A stretch of 64,000 bases of DNA from Guillardia theta CCMP2712 (Eukaryota; Protista; Cryptophyta). The number at the start of each line of letters is the position of its first letter. Position 1 is the first letter of the stretch. Under the pieces are notes generated by a model that saw nothing but the letters and a program-made list of their open reading frames with translations, made no database searches and was not told the origin of the DNA. The translations under genes and the position numbers were made by a program. The stretch lies in the NCBI RefSeq assembly GCF_000315625.1, contig NW_005434560.1:102049-166048 (forward strand). Direction: 5' to 3'. This document shows, piece after piece, positions 1 through 12,861 of this stretch.

Positions 1-3000
1 TACCCAGCCCATCGGGCGCTTCGTCCCGGGAGATACTACGGATTACATTCAGACGGGGGTTGCGGGTGGCTGGGACCAGTGTCCAGATGCAAGAGAGGAT
101 TGGGAAGCACACCCCCCCGTCATCTGGCAGTATGCATCACTGGATCCCGGAGATGTCAAAGGGGGCGACGGCGACGGCGGTTTGGCCTGCGAGTGGACAA
201 ACGTTTGGAAGGTACGAGCTCCCGGAGGGGACGGTGCCGGAGTGGGGTCCTGGCTGCGGGCAGCTACCACTCAGGACTAGTCGCAACGACACAGACTGGC
301 CTGCCCTGCACGGCGCGGCCGTGCGCTGCCTGAGGTCGTGGTCCGAGTCCCGCGGGGAGGAGAGGGACGGGGTTTGCGCCGTGCAGGGCTCGGCGCCGCT
401 GCAGTGCTACCAGAACCATCATTGCAGGGACTCCGGGCAGGTCTGTTCCGCATGGGGCAGGTGCGTGGATGGCTATGTCCTGATGCGGAACAAGGTGGGC
501 TACCCTGTGGAGATGCACTCCCACTCGGAGAAGTGCGGTGAAGAATCGCTAGGGGTACTCCCCCTGGCAGGTCGTCCCGGAGTTCCTCCCGCGCCACGGC
601 ATGTGCGGGTTCCGAGAGTGGTTCGAGTATGAGACGATCCGGGCGAGGCCGCCGGGGGCGGCGAGCCCCGGCACGCTGGCGGCGGTGAACCCGGATGTGC
701 TCTGGTACAGCACAATCCCCTATGTGACGGACGCGGTGGTGAAGCAGGGTCTGTTCGAGAGGGGTATCCTGAAGGTACACCCTCACAGGGNNNNNNNNNN
801 NNNNNNNNNNNNNNNNNNNNNNNNNNNNNNNNNNNNNNNNNNNNNNNNNNNNNNNNNNNNNNNNNNNNNNNNNNNNNNNNNNNNNNNNNNNNNNNNNNNN
901 NNNNNNNNNNNNNNNNNNNNNNNNNNNNNNNNNNNNNNNNNNNNNNNNNNNNNNNNNNNNNNNNNNNNNNNNNNNNNTTTCTCCGGTGTGGCCGGGGAGG
1001 ACAGCTTCGCGGGCGTCCAGAACTCGCTCAGCCTCTGCTCGAATCTTCAGCTCTGTTCTCTTCAGGAGTTCTATGTACAGGGCTACCATACGCTCGGGCG
1101 CAAGATCAACCGGGTGCAGAAGGATGGGAGCTGCATCGATTCCGGGAATTGCCTGGCGACCCCCTACCAACTGCAGGACGGCCTATTCTGCGGTGCTGCG
1201 GGATATCTGAAGGCCCTGGACCCTTCGGACGTGGCGAGGAGGTACGACCCGATATGCAGGGTGGACCCCCTGGTCACTCCCCTGGTGAGGATGTTCTGCA
1301 CCGCCGATAGGGCGTCCATATCGAGTGCCTGTGACCTCGACCCGAGCTATGCCACCGTGTCCAACGTCCAGGAGCTCTGCAGACTCTGGGACGAGGACTA
1401 CAACTACCAGTCGCTGCCCAACATCGACCGCGCGCTCAACCGGGCGCTTCTCCGCTTCTTCAAGCGCGGTTTCACGACCTGGGACGAGTACCAGAGGCGG
1501 GCGACCTGCGCGGCGACGGTGTTCAACCTGATGGGGGTGTACGCGGGGCAGCAGACGCAGGGCACGGGCGGCACGCAGTGGTACTCCGTCGAGCTCGAGC
1601 CGGGGGTACCTACCTATTTTCCTCCCTATGCTTCGCTGTACGTCTTCCGCGACGCTTCCCAGATGGAGATCCCGGCGGCGTGGTGGGTGCAGTGCGTGCT
1701 GCTGGACTCTTCCGTGAACGTGGAGCTCCTTGAAAGTGCATCCACCGACCAGGTGCCGTGCCGCGGGTGGGAGAACGCCAAGACCGCGGGGTACCAGCCG
1801 CAGACGGTGCGTGACTTCCTCCTTAGCTCCCCGAGGGTGTACCTGGAATCCGGGATGAACTCGCCTACCAATGAGACGCAGATCGCGCTGAGCATCTACG
1901 ACAACCTCTTCGAGCAGGTGTCCCTGGCAAGGCACACCGTGCAGGGCGCCATGGGGGGAGGGGAGCATCGGCTTTCCTATGTGTATTATCGCACCTTGAA
2001 GGACCTGTATCTCACCGACGAGGACTACAATGAATTCGCGAATGCGGTCGACAGTGGTGGCAACAGCAACAACGATAAGGTGTTCAAGACCAATGCCGTA
2101 CCCCGGGATGACGGGACATACCCCTTCTACGACGATTCCGACATCCCCGGCATATTCCAGCAGGTGGTGAACTACATGATGAGCGGGAGTGTCAGGGATG
2201 GCTACTTCCCCCCCGGGTCGGGTGTGAACCGCCTGTCCAAGGCGATGGGATCGTTCACGAAGACGTCGCTCTCGGACGGCTTCCTCGATCTCGGCCCTGC
2301 GTACTTCGACCCATCCCTGGGCGTGCTGCAGTACACCCTGCCGACCCTGGCGCCTTCGTTCTTCGAGGCGGAGTTGGACAGGATCCTTGCGGGAGTGCTG
2401 AAGCAGGAGGATGACCTGCAAGATTGGAAAGATATCGGGCTCGAGTATGAGTACGATGCCTTCAAGGACTATGCCACCCTTGCCGACCTTTCCACAGGGA
2501 CTATGCGCATGACCAAGTGCCTCAATGTCAACTTCAATACCTCCGAGCCCGGGGTGAATCAGAACTTCATCAGGCCATTCGTGAGGCTGCTGGATCAGAA
2601 CGCCGGGGGTGAGGACATATATGTCTGTGACAGCGATGTGGGCTACGACAGGCGCACCGGGCAGAGCTGTGGGCTGATGCATGACTCGTTAGATGACAAT
2701 TGCTCCACTCGATTCGTCTATCTCCGCGAGTACAACAACGGGGAGGGCATCGTGGTGCAGACGCATTGCAAGCAACCCCTCTTTGTGCGGGATCTGGTGG
2801 AAGACGACAAGCGTAAGATCGCGGACCTCTCCCGCCTCGACCTTGACACGGCAAACCCCGCGGGGGCCATCTGCCTCCGCACGGATTCCACGTGCTTGCA
2901 GGGCGGTGGGTTGGAGGGGAGTTCGGTAGGAGTGGTGTCCGTCGTTCCCACCTTGGGTGTGGAGGTGCAGACATTCTACCGCGAGATGCAGAGCGGTGAC

Positions 3001-6000
3001 CCCAACTCCGACAAGTTCTACGGGCCGCTGTACCAGAAGGCTTCCACCCGCTGGTACCCAGCGTGGGTGGACTGCTACGGTGTCCCGGGGGTGACAGAGC
3101 AACCTCCAGGCCTGGACGGGCTGGGATAGGGCGCGCGTGGAGCAGGCAAGGGAGATTCTGCTTGCTAGAGAGAATGCGGAGGGCTCGAGCCCCAACCTAC
3201 AGGTCCTGGACCTAGAGGCGATCTGGAATAGCAGCAGCACCCGCCCGGTGAGCTTCTCCGTCCGCTGCAACGTCTCCTCGTGCACCACCAGCACCGGGGT
3301 TTCGTTCGATTGCGGCAGCGACGGCCAGTGCAACGTCCGGATGGATAACATGGCCGTCCATGCCATGTCCCTGCGCCTGACCGAGCCCTCCGTGTACTTC
3401 TGCGCGTCCAGCGAGGCGCAGGCGAGGGAGCGGTGCCCGGCGCGGAGGACGAACGACAGCGTCCTGGTGGAGATCAGGAACAACCTCTGGTACTGCAAGG
3501 CCGACTGCGTGAGGAAGACGCTCCTGAAGTACGTCGGGAAGCACTCCATCAAGTACCGCGGACTCAGGGAGGACGTGCTGGGCTTCACCCCCTCGGACAG
3601 GAGCGCAATCGGGCTGAGCGATACGAGCAACGCCCGGGACGGCTATTCGCAGAAGGACAGCTTCCGGCTGGTGCACCACCTGATGAGGAAGCAGATCTTT
3701 GGCTCGGGTAACGCGCTCCCTGGCTCCATCTACAACAGCGTCTGGATGAAGCCCAGCGCGCTGAGTGCCTCCTTCATGGACCGCCACTCGCTCTACCCCT
3801 TCCAGGCCCTCACCCTGTACGATTACGTGAATTACGTCGAGCAGGCCGACACGATGCGGAAGCAGCCGCTGGACACCTGCATCAACCAGGCGGTCGACGT
3901 CACCGAGTGCTCGAAGGACCAGATCACGGGGCAGCGCGTCCATCGCAGCAGCCTGGAGCAGTGCGCCTCGGAGCTGAAGCGGAGGTCTTCCTTGGTTGCC
4001 AATCCGGGCTACGCTGTGCTTGTGAAGCTGAGGGGAGAGGAGCTCACCTCTTCGCATCTGCTTCATTGGGCGGCGGCATCGCGCCCGGAGAGGGACCGTT
4101 TCGTCGACTGGGTGACGAGCGCCGGCCGTTGCTCGGAGACGCGCCAGTCCGAGGCGGTGTGCTACCTGACCGGGGACGGGAATGTGTTCACCATCAACCC
4201 CTGGCTGGGCGGCGGGTTCAATATCCACGAGGCCTGCGACACCGTGCCGCTGCCGGAGCAGCTCACCCGGGTGATCAGCGCGGACTGCTTCCCCCAGGGG
4301 TCCGGGACTTGCAGGAATTACACCGCCCTGGTCTATACCCCCTGTGTCTCCAAGAACAATCAGCCCCCGAGCAGGACGGACATCTTCACCTCCGCCTCCA
4401 ACAATCTGTGTGAGAAGGCGCCGCGCCCCAACTCAACCTGCCTGCAGAGGCAGGGTCTGTACGGGGGCGGGGAGGGGGAGGGCATGACCGATCTGTACAC
4501 TCGGCCTTTGTATTCCATGCCCTACTCGGGGATCTTCGGCATGGAGCCCAACCCTTCCTACCATTCCAGGACTCCGTCCAATGGCATTCTAAGGCAGTCC
4601 TTCATGGATCTGGGGGGTGGTTTCTTCGTCGCGGACCTTCAGACCCTGGAGGATGGGATGACCGACAACCTGCTGCCGGCCTGCATGCCGCTCTGGTACC
4701 CCACCAAGGCAGACGGCTCCCCCGACCTTGCGGGCAGGGACCCGTGCTCGAACAACAGCATGGACTGGCTCTCCTCTTACTCCGTCGATTCCCGCGTCGA
4801 CTACGACCTTAACCGGGTGGATCTCGGGAACACCGTGGCGGAGGGCCAGCTGCCGCCGTGGGACTGCCCCGTCCGGGAGATGCACTTCTGGGGCGGGGGC
4901 GACGCCTCCTTCCGGCCCAGGGCGCCATACGGGCCGAGGGCAGGGGTGATGTTCTTCGAGGCGAGCAACATGGGGGGGAGTGCCGGAAACGGGATGTCGA
5001 ATCCGGTGCAGCCCTATGGGGTGGAGATGCCCGGCCTGCAAAGGCCGTACTTTGCATCGGAGATCTGCAGCTGCTCCTCTGCGGGGGACTGTTCGTTCCA
5101 GGTCGTTTCCAAGGAGAGCTGTTCTATCCTTTCAACGGTTGATTTCCTCTCGGGGGAGAAGTGGTACACCCAGCAGGCGCACGCCGGGGCGGCGGGCTGC
5201 CGGACCTCTACTGACTGGCCGCACTCGGGGGGCATGCTAAGGGACGGGACTTACCTGACCGCCTCTGCTCAGGACTGTCCCGTCCACGACCGCCTGCGCG
5301 AGTTCCAGCTGCGCTACATCCCTGTGCAAGTCACAGCGGATGCCGGGAGGACCACCCTGGACGAAGGCGGGGAATGCCACATGGGGAGGATGGTCAGCGT
5401 GCCTTCCACCGTCCCGCTCGGGGGGCAGTGCCACCGCTACAACTACTCCCACCTCGAGTGCTCGGTGACGGCTATCTCCGGGGGAGAGGGTGCAGTGACG
5501 GAGGTTAGCTACCACCACCTGGATGTTCCTAGGTCGACCATGTACCTGGAACAGCTGTCACGGAACTTCCGCAGGCGCTGCGGGCAGTGCCAGGCTCCCC
5601 CCAAGACGGAGAAGTTCGTCAACAGGGCTGATCGGAGCATCCATGGCGTCAGCTACCTCGCCGACGGCCGCTTCACGAGCTTCGGCGTGCCCGTCAGGCT
5701 GTCCCTCGCCCGCATGCTGGCCCGGGACATACGGCAGCAGGTATGCGGGAATCAGGCGCAGTGTTCCCTGCTGGACTCCGTGGCGAACACGAACGAATGG
5801 ACGATCGACAACTTCATGGGGAAGTACCTCCGTGACATCGCCGGGCTCTTCACCTCGGGAGGGGCTGCGGGGAGCATCACCCCGCCTGCTCCCAGCCTGG
5901 TGGACGACACGATGTTCTGGGGGCGCAACTGGACCTTCTGCACGGAGACGGAGCGCAACCTGACGACCGGGCAGTACCGACGGGAGTGCTTCGGGAGCAT

Positions 6001-9000
6001 ACCGAAGGACACCTGGATGCATCCCTCGCTGCGCAGCCCTTCCTGCAAGTCCGCGATGCTGTCCAGCACCCCCACCCGGGCGGCGATGATCCCTGTGAGG
6101 ATCTGCACCCTCGATGCCACGATGAACGACCTCTGCATCCGCATCGGTGACTTCATCCAGCGCATCCAGGCGGCCAACTGCAAGGCAGCGGGGGTGTGCA
6201 GCGACCAGAAGTTCCTATACAACCCGGCGGCTTACAGCATCTCGAACCAGCAGTTCATCACGGAGACGGTCCTGGACTTTTACGAGTCGGTGTCCGCCGG
6301 GGTCTGCGCGGCGTCCTACACCACGGGGATGGTGGCCGAGGTCATCGCGCAGAACAATGTCATGAGGGGCAAGTGCCCGGCCCAGATGCTCGTCCCGGTG
6401 CAGACCACCATCTCCCAGCTGCGCCAGGTCGTACAGACGCTCGTGAAGCTGGCGTATTACGTTGCAATGATCGTGATCAACTTCCTCAGGCTGGTCACCG
6501 GGTTGCCCTCCAATGAGGTCATGCCAGACGTCTTCCGGTGGCTCGACCTGTTCATTAACGAGGCTAAGGTCCTCTTCGACCAACTGGGAAACATGCTCTT
6601 CGGGATCATCCAGGCGACCCCCTTCGGAGAGCAGCTAATGATCATCATCCGGATTATCTGCACACTCTTGAATTGGTTCATCATGTACTTTTGGCTCCCT
6701 GTCATGTGTCCCATTCTTCAGGGTGTGGGTCATGTCTCCCTCTTTATCGCTAACATCCTTAAGGGAATTGCGGAGATATGCATCCTTGGTATATGCCCTT
6801 TTGAGTGGATCACATACCAGATCCCGTTAAAGGTCGGTGAGATGCTCGTGGGCATGGACTGCACCCCACGAGAGGTATTGGACTGCAACATCGGGGATAA
6901 CTACCAGCCCAGCGCCGGGGACGGGACGCTCCCCACCCCGACGCGCTGCTGGGCCAGCTACTTGAGCAGCGTGGCCGATTCCGGGAAGTTGTCGTGCTCT
7001 GGTGCGGACACCTGCGCCAGGGGGTTGACCTCGGACAATGCCGATACGGTAGTGTGCGATGCGTGCCCCTTCGGTGCCGACGTCACCGTCACGAACCGTT
7101 TCGGCTGCGACCCCATCCGCAAGCAGTGCTCCTGCAATGTCCAGCAGATCTCGCAGACACCCTGCATGACGCACGAGCAGTGCATCAACCAGGCGGGAGC
7201 TACCTGCGTGTTCATGAATAGCCGCGTGGAGCAGACGTTTGGGAACATACCCTGTGGTCAGTGCACCAGCCAGCCCATGTGTGTGATCCAGCCTGGGCAG
7301 ACCTACGGGTCTTGCTCTTGCTTCTTGACGAAGGTGGTACCGGAGTCTTGCTCTGTGAGTGAGGTAGGGATGAATGTTCAGTACAAGCTATCCGGGCTGT
7401 GCCTGGCGCAGGTTTCAGGTAGCATGGGCGGCTTCACCGCCGAGACGAGCTCTACCTACACAATTAGCTACAACAACCTCCTTGCAACGCCGTGCTACAA
7501 CGCGGATTCTTCCAGGATCTATTGCTACAGCGTCTACAGCTCGGCCTTCAGCTACGCTCCCATGCTCGTCTCCCTGGGTGTCAGCGGGCTCTCCGGTTCC
7601 GGCTCCCAGTCCCCCTACGGCAGGCGCTTGCTCGGCATCGAAGGCGCTCCTGACTTTTTCAGCCACGACGAGCTCTGCATGGACGCCTGGGACGACTTTC
7701 TCGCCACCAACCGCAGCACGAGGGTGATGGCCGGTTGTGTCACCCGGTTTGCCGCGACCTACGACGTCGTGTCGGCGCACGGGCTGCTGGACTACATCCC
7801 CCCGAACATGTTTGTGAGCTGGGCGGACTTCCTGACCACAGTGGGTGACAGGCCGGACTCCCTCCTGGTCCTCCTGTACTCCCCTGGCCTTGCCTTCGAG
7901 CTCCTCCTCCGCACCCCCCTGTACCACCGCCTGGTCAGGCACTACCGAGCCTGGACGGCCGCGCTGACGGAGCTTTACCTCGACGTGACGGTGCACCGCA
8001 GGATCCAGCCCAACGGCGGGCTGCACTATGAGGTGGACGCAGAGGGCGGCGTGTTCATCCATGGGCACAACATCAGCGAGTTTACACTCATTCTCCTCAA
8101 TCTGCTCCACAGGTTTAATCTGAGCGCGAATACGTTGTACCCTGGTAACGTATCCCTTGCCATCCGCAACCAGGAGTCTGTCCGAAAGTTGCTGTCTATG
8201 ACAGCCACCTCGCCACTCGCCACGGAGCTTCTCTACAACGGGACGGGGATACAGGAGAGACTTTCACGCAGGCATCTCCTCATGTTTACATCGTGGAAGA
8301 CCCGCATGGAGGAGGTCCAGCGCTTTACGGGCACTGTCGCCTTGAACGACGGGGTCCCGATGGCCGTGGGAAGAGAGACGGCGGCGGACTGGGTCGACAG
8401 CCCGTTTGCCTGGCCGCTCCAGTTCGACTTTGGTGGGACGATCTTCGAGTGCCCGCTCCTCGCCAGGACGTTTGAGTTGACACGCGATGCATTTACCAAC
8501 ACATCGCTGTACTACGCCAACGGGCACACCCTTAAAGCAACCCCCCGCAGCATCGTCTCGGGCAGCTGGCCCTTCAGCAACCTTCCCTACCGCGGGCCGG
8601 TGCCTCCCTTGAAGGAGCCCGCCCGGCAGACCTTCCTGAACATGCTGGTGTTCCGGGCATTGCAGTGGATCGACCAGACCCCCTTCAACCGGCAGTTCTT
8701 CTACGACCTCTTCAGCGCCTTACCCGGGATGCTCAGGGATTTTGCCCGCTGCGACCGCCAGGCGGTGATGCTCTGCAGCCGCCACCACTACACGCTCCTC
8801 GTCTCGGGCTTCGTCATCGCCGTGGTGTGGTCTGGAGTGTCGCTCGTGGCGTCTTCCTTCCGCATCCCGTACCTGACCACATTCCTCTGGATGGTTCCCA
8901 CCTGCATCTTCCAGGATTTCGTCGAGGTCCTCAACTTCTTCTTCCCCGCCACACTCCGCTTCCCCGACAGTCTGCAGAAGAGCCCCGGCTGTCTGGACGC

Positions 9001-9406
9001 AGCCCCGAATGCCACGGCCAGGAAGGACTGCCTCCTCTCCTGCTCCCTCCAGCCCTTTGAGTACGTCTCCTGGGAGTCCGAGGTGGCGTGGTGGACTTGC
9101 TTCGCCTCTACCGGCCTGTGTCGGTCCGTCGATGGCGTGGTGACGAGCATGCCCCTCCTCAACAAGCTGACCTCTCTCCACCGCGATCTCGTCGTCAAGG
9201 CCGCCATCGTGGAGGGCGAAAACGCGGACATGATCCTCGCCCAGTCCGTCTGCGCCGCGCTCAACGTATGGAGGGTCATACCCATCGTGATCCTACTCTT
9301 CATCGTCATGTACGCCTTCAGCGTCATCGCCACCTTCCCCTTCTTCGTGGTCAACGAGTTCGTCCGGCTCGCGATACAGGGCGTCATCATGAGCCACACG
9401 GACTGA
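1..9406 (+). CDS. Giant cysteine-rich membrane/virion glycoprotein, 5'-truncated, probably one gene of >3100 aa broken by frameshifts (near 185-200, 552-555, 3091-3097) and an N gap
   Basis: ORFs 60..632, 601..3129 and 3137..9406 join into one Cys-rich sequence when the frame is shifted (e.g. EESLG|YSPWQVVPEFLPRHGMCGF). It has many NxS/T sequons, hydrophobic clusters at ~6440-6840 and ~8790-9390, and RRLL/RKLL/RHLL motifs. Confidence 0.7.
791..977. other. Assembly gap (N run)
   Basis: Run of N characters. Confidence 1.
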
Positions 9407-9417
9407 AGGGGACGGGT

Positions 9418-9427
9418 TGTATTTAAA
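9418..9427 (+). promoter_or_regulatory. TGTATTTAAA promoter motif (representative of a recurrent element)
   Basis: The same or a near-identical motif lies mostly ~30-45 nt upstream of ATGs, at 10043(+), 12769(-), 13470(-), 15179(-), 32575(-), 42518(+), 43076(+), 51481(+, ~80 nt), 56564(-), 56592(+) and 57822(+). Confidence 0.75.
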
Positions 9428-9464
9428 CGAGTTGTGATGGGTATGTTTGTCGTACTGAAGAGGA

Positions 9465-9944
9465 ATGCAAATTAATCACAAAATATACGCTACTTTGATT
9501 GCTTCTCGCGAGCGCGATGATGCCATAATGCGTATGGTAGAGACGTTAATATCCACCCTTGCTTCCGAGCCCCGTGTTTCCAGGCCCTTCGATTCCAGGG
9601 GTCGTACTCGCAAGGAGGCAAAGCTGGCCACTCTCGAGATAAATGATAAAGTCTACTTAGAGCGTATCGAGGAGGTTCAGGAGTTCATCGACAGGAAGAA
9701 CAACGGCGACGAGACGCCATGGAGTAAATGCCCATGTTTCTACAGTATCAAGTATCATACCAAGAAGGAGGTGTCTTTCGAGTCTTGTCAGGAGTACATC
9801 AGCATTATGTCATCCAAGATCATTGCCAATCAGCAGGAAATCATCAACTCCACTGTGTTTGAGTCACGCAACCCCATCCGCTTTGTGGTTAAGAGCCACG
9901 ACACCAAGCGTCGCAAGCTCAATGTGTTCGAGACCGAGGATTAA
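9465..9944 (+). CDS. Hypothetical protein (159 aa)
   Basis: ATG ORF with upstream TGTATTTAAA and downstream AATAAA (~9986). Confidence 0.75.
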   Translation: MQINHKIYATLIASRERDDAIMRMVETLISTLASEPRVSRPFDSRGRTRKEAKLATLEINDKVYLERIEEVQEFIDRKNNGDETPWSKCPCFYSIKYHTKKEVSFESCQEYISIMSSKIIANQQEIINSTVFESRNPIRFVVKSHDTKRRKLNVFETED

Positions 9945-10089
9945 GGTGTCATGCGAGAGGCAGTAGTCGTAGTGACTAAACCGCAATAAATGTTCAAAAA
10001 TAACCTGTCTCACATGAACTGCTAAGATACACGCAGATTGCACGTATTTAAAGCGATGGGGTGGATATGAGTGTCTTTCCGAAGAAGAA

Positions 10090-10337
10090 TGCTCTCCGCA
10101 CCGACTCAACGCACTACCACGCTCACCGACCATCAGGTCGATCTCGACAAGATCGACGATGACATTGATTATTACAAGAAGCGAATCAAGTTTCTGCAGC
10201 AGGACATACCCAATATGGAACTGCACATGCAGTTCGCAGATGAAGACTCTAAGAAGTATATCAGGGTCTACATCAATTGGGCTCGTAGCGAGATCGAACG
10301 CTACAATCAGAAGATCAAGGATCTCCCAGTACCGTAA
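10090..10337 (+). CDS. Small coiled-coil hypothetical protein
   Basis: ATG follows CGTATTTAAA (10043), with AATAAA at ~10377. UTRs resemble those of the 9465 gene. Confidence 0.7.
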
Positions 10338-10407
10338 GTCAAAAGACTAGTAGCTGTAGTGTGTACACTAAAACACAATAAACGTTCAGAAAATTCACAC
10401 TACATCT

Positions 10408-11019
10408 TTACTCGGGGGTTAAATGATGCAGCAGGAGGTACTCCGGGGAGATGGGGTGCTTGTAGGGGAGGAAGGGCATGCCTAGCTTGATCCGGATTTG
10501 CGAGATGATGTTGTACATCTCCGTGTAGGCTTGGAAGATGTTGGGCTCGATGCGTTCCAGGTTTTCGAGGACGTCCCCATCGCTGTACATGACAAGGCTT
10601 GCAATCTGTTGTTTGCTTAAGACTTTCTGGTGGCCCTTGTTCGTGCGGATGACATCCTGCATGACCTCCCATGTTCTCTGATCCACGTTGTACAGGGCGG
10701 TGAACAGGGGTGCGAGCTTCGCCTTCCTCTCCTGCATATCACGGATGAAGTTTCGGAACATGTCGCGCTGCTCGACGAACATCTCCACCTCGTGCTCCAC
10801 GAGTATGATGGTCTCCCTCGGGTACCTGGTGTGGATATGCTCCGTGCTGTTGTCCTTGATCAGGAGGAGGATGTCGCTGTATTTGAAATCGCCCTTGCTG
10901 ATCACCTTGATCATGTACATGCGCGAATCCCACATGTAGTCGAGCGCGATATGCAGGTCTAGCTCCGATGTCATTTCTTCAGAATCCGGTCCATCCAATT
11001 CAGTCCCTCCCCGTAGCAT
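10408..11019 (-). CDS. Hypothetical protein (start uncertain, 11019 or 10974)
   Basis: Helical globular-looking ORF with genome-typical codon usage. Confidence 0.7.
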   Translation of the reverse strand: MLRGGTELDGPDSEEMTSELDLHIALDYMWDSRMYMIKVISKGDFKYSDILLLIKDNSTEHIHTRYPRETIILVEHEVEMFVEQRDMFRNFIRDMQERKAKLAPLFTALYNVDQRTWEVMQDVIRTNKGHQKVLSKQQIASLVMYSDGDVLENLERIEPNIFQAYTEMYNIISQIRIKLGMPFLPYKHPISPEYLLLHHLTPE

Positions 11020-11117
11020 GGCAACGCGCCAAATAAGAAAAAAAAGAAGCTTCTTTTTGGTCACCGGGGCTCGGATGGGAGGACCTGGAAAAAAGGAATG
11101 GTCAGCGGGGGACGGTT

Positions 11118-12098
11118 ATGACAAAGCCCTGCGAGCAATGCTTTGTCTGCAAGCGCTGCAAGCAGCTCAAGGCGCCGAAGCCTGGCTGCACCACCTGCCG
11201 CAAGTGCCCGGACTGCTGGGACACCAGGGTGAGGTGCTGGAGGGCGGTGAGCGACCCTTTCGTGGTTCCGAAGGGGTTGGCGGGCCACAAATGCCGCTGG
11301 CAGTGCATCGACTTCGACCTGGCGGGCTGCACCGAGTGCGGGGCGATCCACCGCTGCGACGCGGCGACCTGCCCGGTGTTCGAGGAGGAGGACAGCCACG
11401 TCTGCACCATCACGGGGAACTGCGTGCGGCTGAAGCGCTTCACCCACGACGAGTTTATGGACAACGTGGTCATCTCCGACCTCCCAGGGCCAGTGGAGCG
11501 GGAGATGCGGCTGCTGACGGATGAGCGGGAGGTCAGGGAGAACGTGGAGTGGCTCCTTTCCTCCCGCACGGCGCGGCAGAGCTTCGAGCAGGAGCGCGGC
11601 CGCATGGAGCAGAAGCACCGGCACCTCCTTTGGAAGCTGCTGCGGGAGATCAAGCTCCGGGGCGGCATACCGAACCTCTGCCAGGTCATGACGCAGATCC
11701 TGCACGCCACCAACAAGATCCGGGTGTGCAACACCAGCTTCCAGCCCGAGCTGAGGCAGGAGGTCGTCGGGCGCTGCGTGTACAGCATCGTGCGCTTCCT
11801 GAACCTCATGGGCCAGCGCTTCCGCTCCGCGCTCGGCGCGCTCAAGACCTCCACCCTCGTGGTCGGCACGCTGTACCTGATGCGGATGGGTATCTCCATG
11901 CACAACATCACCCTGCTGCCCCGCATGCCGCAGCTCCAGCTCATCCTCCCGATGGAGACCCACCTCAAGACCTTCTTCCAGATCAAGTGCAAGAGCATCA
12001 CCGAGGTCGAGAACCTCATCAAGATGTGCCTGCGCGGCCTGAGCCCCGCCGAGCTGGAGAGGATGGGCTTTACCATGGCAGAGGAGGTCACGATGTGA
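11118..12098 (+). CDS. Zinc-binding protein resembling the herpesvirus UL92/ORF31 late transcription factor family
   Basis: GCTECGAIHRCDAATCPVFEEEDSHVCTITG follows the UL92 pattern CxxCxxxHxC-x4/5-C-x9-VCxxTG. There is an extra N-terminal Cys cluster and a helical C-terminus. Confidence 0.6.
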   Translation: MTKPCEQCFVCKRCKQLKAPKPGCTTCRKCPDCWDTRVRCWRAVSDPFVVPKGLAGHKCRWQCIDFDLAGCTECGAIHRCDAATCPVFEEEDSHVCTITGNCVRLKRFTHDEFMDNVVISDLPGPVEREMRLLTDEREVRENVEWLLSSRTARQSFEQERGRMEQKHRHLLWKLLREIKLRGGIPNLCQVMTQILHATNKIRVCNTSFQPELRQEVVGRCVYSIVRFLNLMGQRFRSALGALKTSTLVVGTLYLMRMGISMHNITLLPRMPQLQLILPMETHLKTFFQIKCKSITEVENLIKMCLRGLSPAELERMGFTMAEEVTM

Positions 12099-12157
12099 TG
12101 AAGGGAAAGATAACAAATGGTGTGGGTTTTACTCACTGCTACTACGACACTGGATGA

Positions 12158-12754
12158 CTAGAAACGGGATGCAACTTCAGCGAGGAGCTCCAGGTTGCTC
12201 ATCGCGGCGTCCTGCGGCAGGAAAAACACCCGCATGTGGTTGTGGAGCTTCTCTGTTCCACAGTAGTATTTCGCAAAATCGATTTGTTTTTTCAACTCGT
12301 CCTGGAACTCATGAAGGAGTTTACGATGGTGTTCAGTAGTCTTGTCGGCCTGATTGGGTTGGTTCTTGGATTTCAGCTTGTCTCTGACCTTATAAACGAT
12401 GGTATTCAATCCGCTGAAGTAACGGTCAGAGGTCTCCTTTACGTGGTCGAATTCTTTCTGCTGGAACTGAAGACAGCGAGTGTGGACAAAAGCAGAGCTT
12501 GTCATCTGCAGCTTTTCGTAAACCTCGATGTATAGATAAAGCATGTTGTTCTTTTCTAACTGGTCCCGGAACTTGTACATGCCTCCTGTGGTCTGCACCA
12601 TGAGATCGTGACTCAGGCTGTTCGTGGATTTGCCGGTGTACAAGGCGATGAGGTCGTGTATGGTGGGCATTGCACCCACCTCGACGTACGAATCACCCTT
12701 GACGTAGATAAAGAAAGATGGAAAAAAAGTTATCATCGTCTTGGTGGAAGCCAT
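12158..12754 (-). CDS. Hypothetical protein (198 aa)
   Basis: ATG ORF downstream of TGTATTTAAA (12769-12778, minus). Confidence 0.7.
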   Translation of the reverse strand: MASTKTMITFFPSFFIYVKGDSYVEVGAMPTIHDLIALYTGKSTNSLSHDLMVQTTGGMYKFRDQLEKNNMLYLYIEVYEKLQMTSSAFVHTRCLQFQQKEFDHVKETSDRYFSGLNTIVYKVRDKLKSKNQPNQADKTTEHHRKLLHEFQDELKKQIDFAKYYCGTEKLHNHMRVFFLPQDAAMSNLELLAEVASRF

Positions 12755-12861
12755 GATACAATAAGATGTTTAAATACACGTTTCGTGTCACGGATACAAC
12801 GGTAAAAAAAAGTGTGCGGTGACGCAGAGAAGTGCGTAGCCAGAGATGGACGGGAGAGGAA

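Noticed and set aside
180-3137. Programmed frameshifting joining ORFs of the giant glycoprotein (shifts near 185-200, 552-555, 3091-3097)
   Set aside because: Several shifts lie close to an N gap or at G runs, with no canonical slippery heptamer and no convincing intron signals. Assembly or sequencing indels are more likely, and raw reads would settle it.
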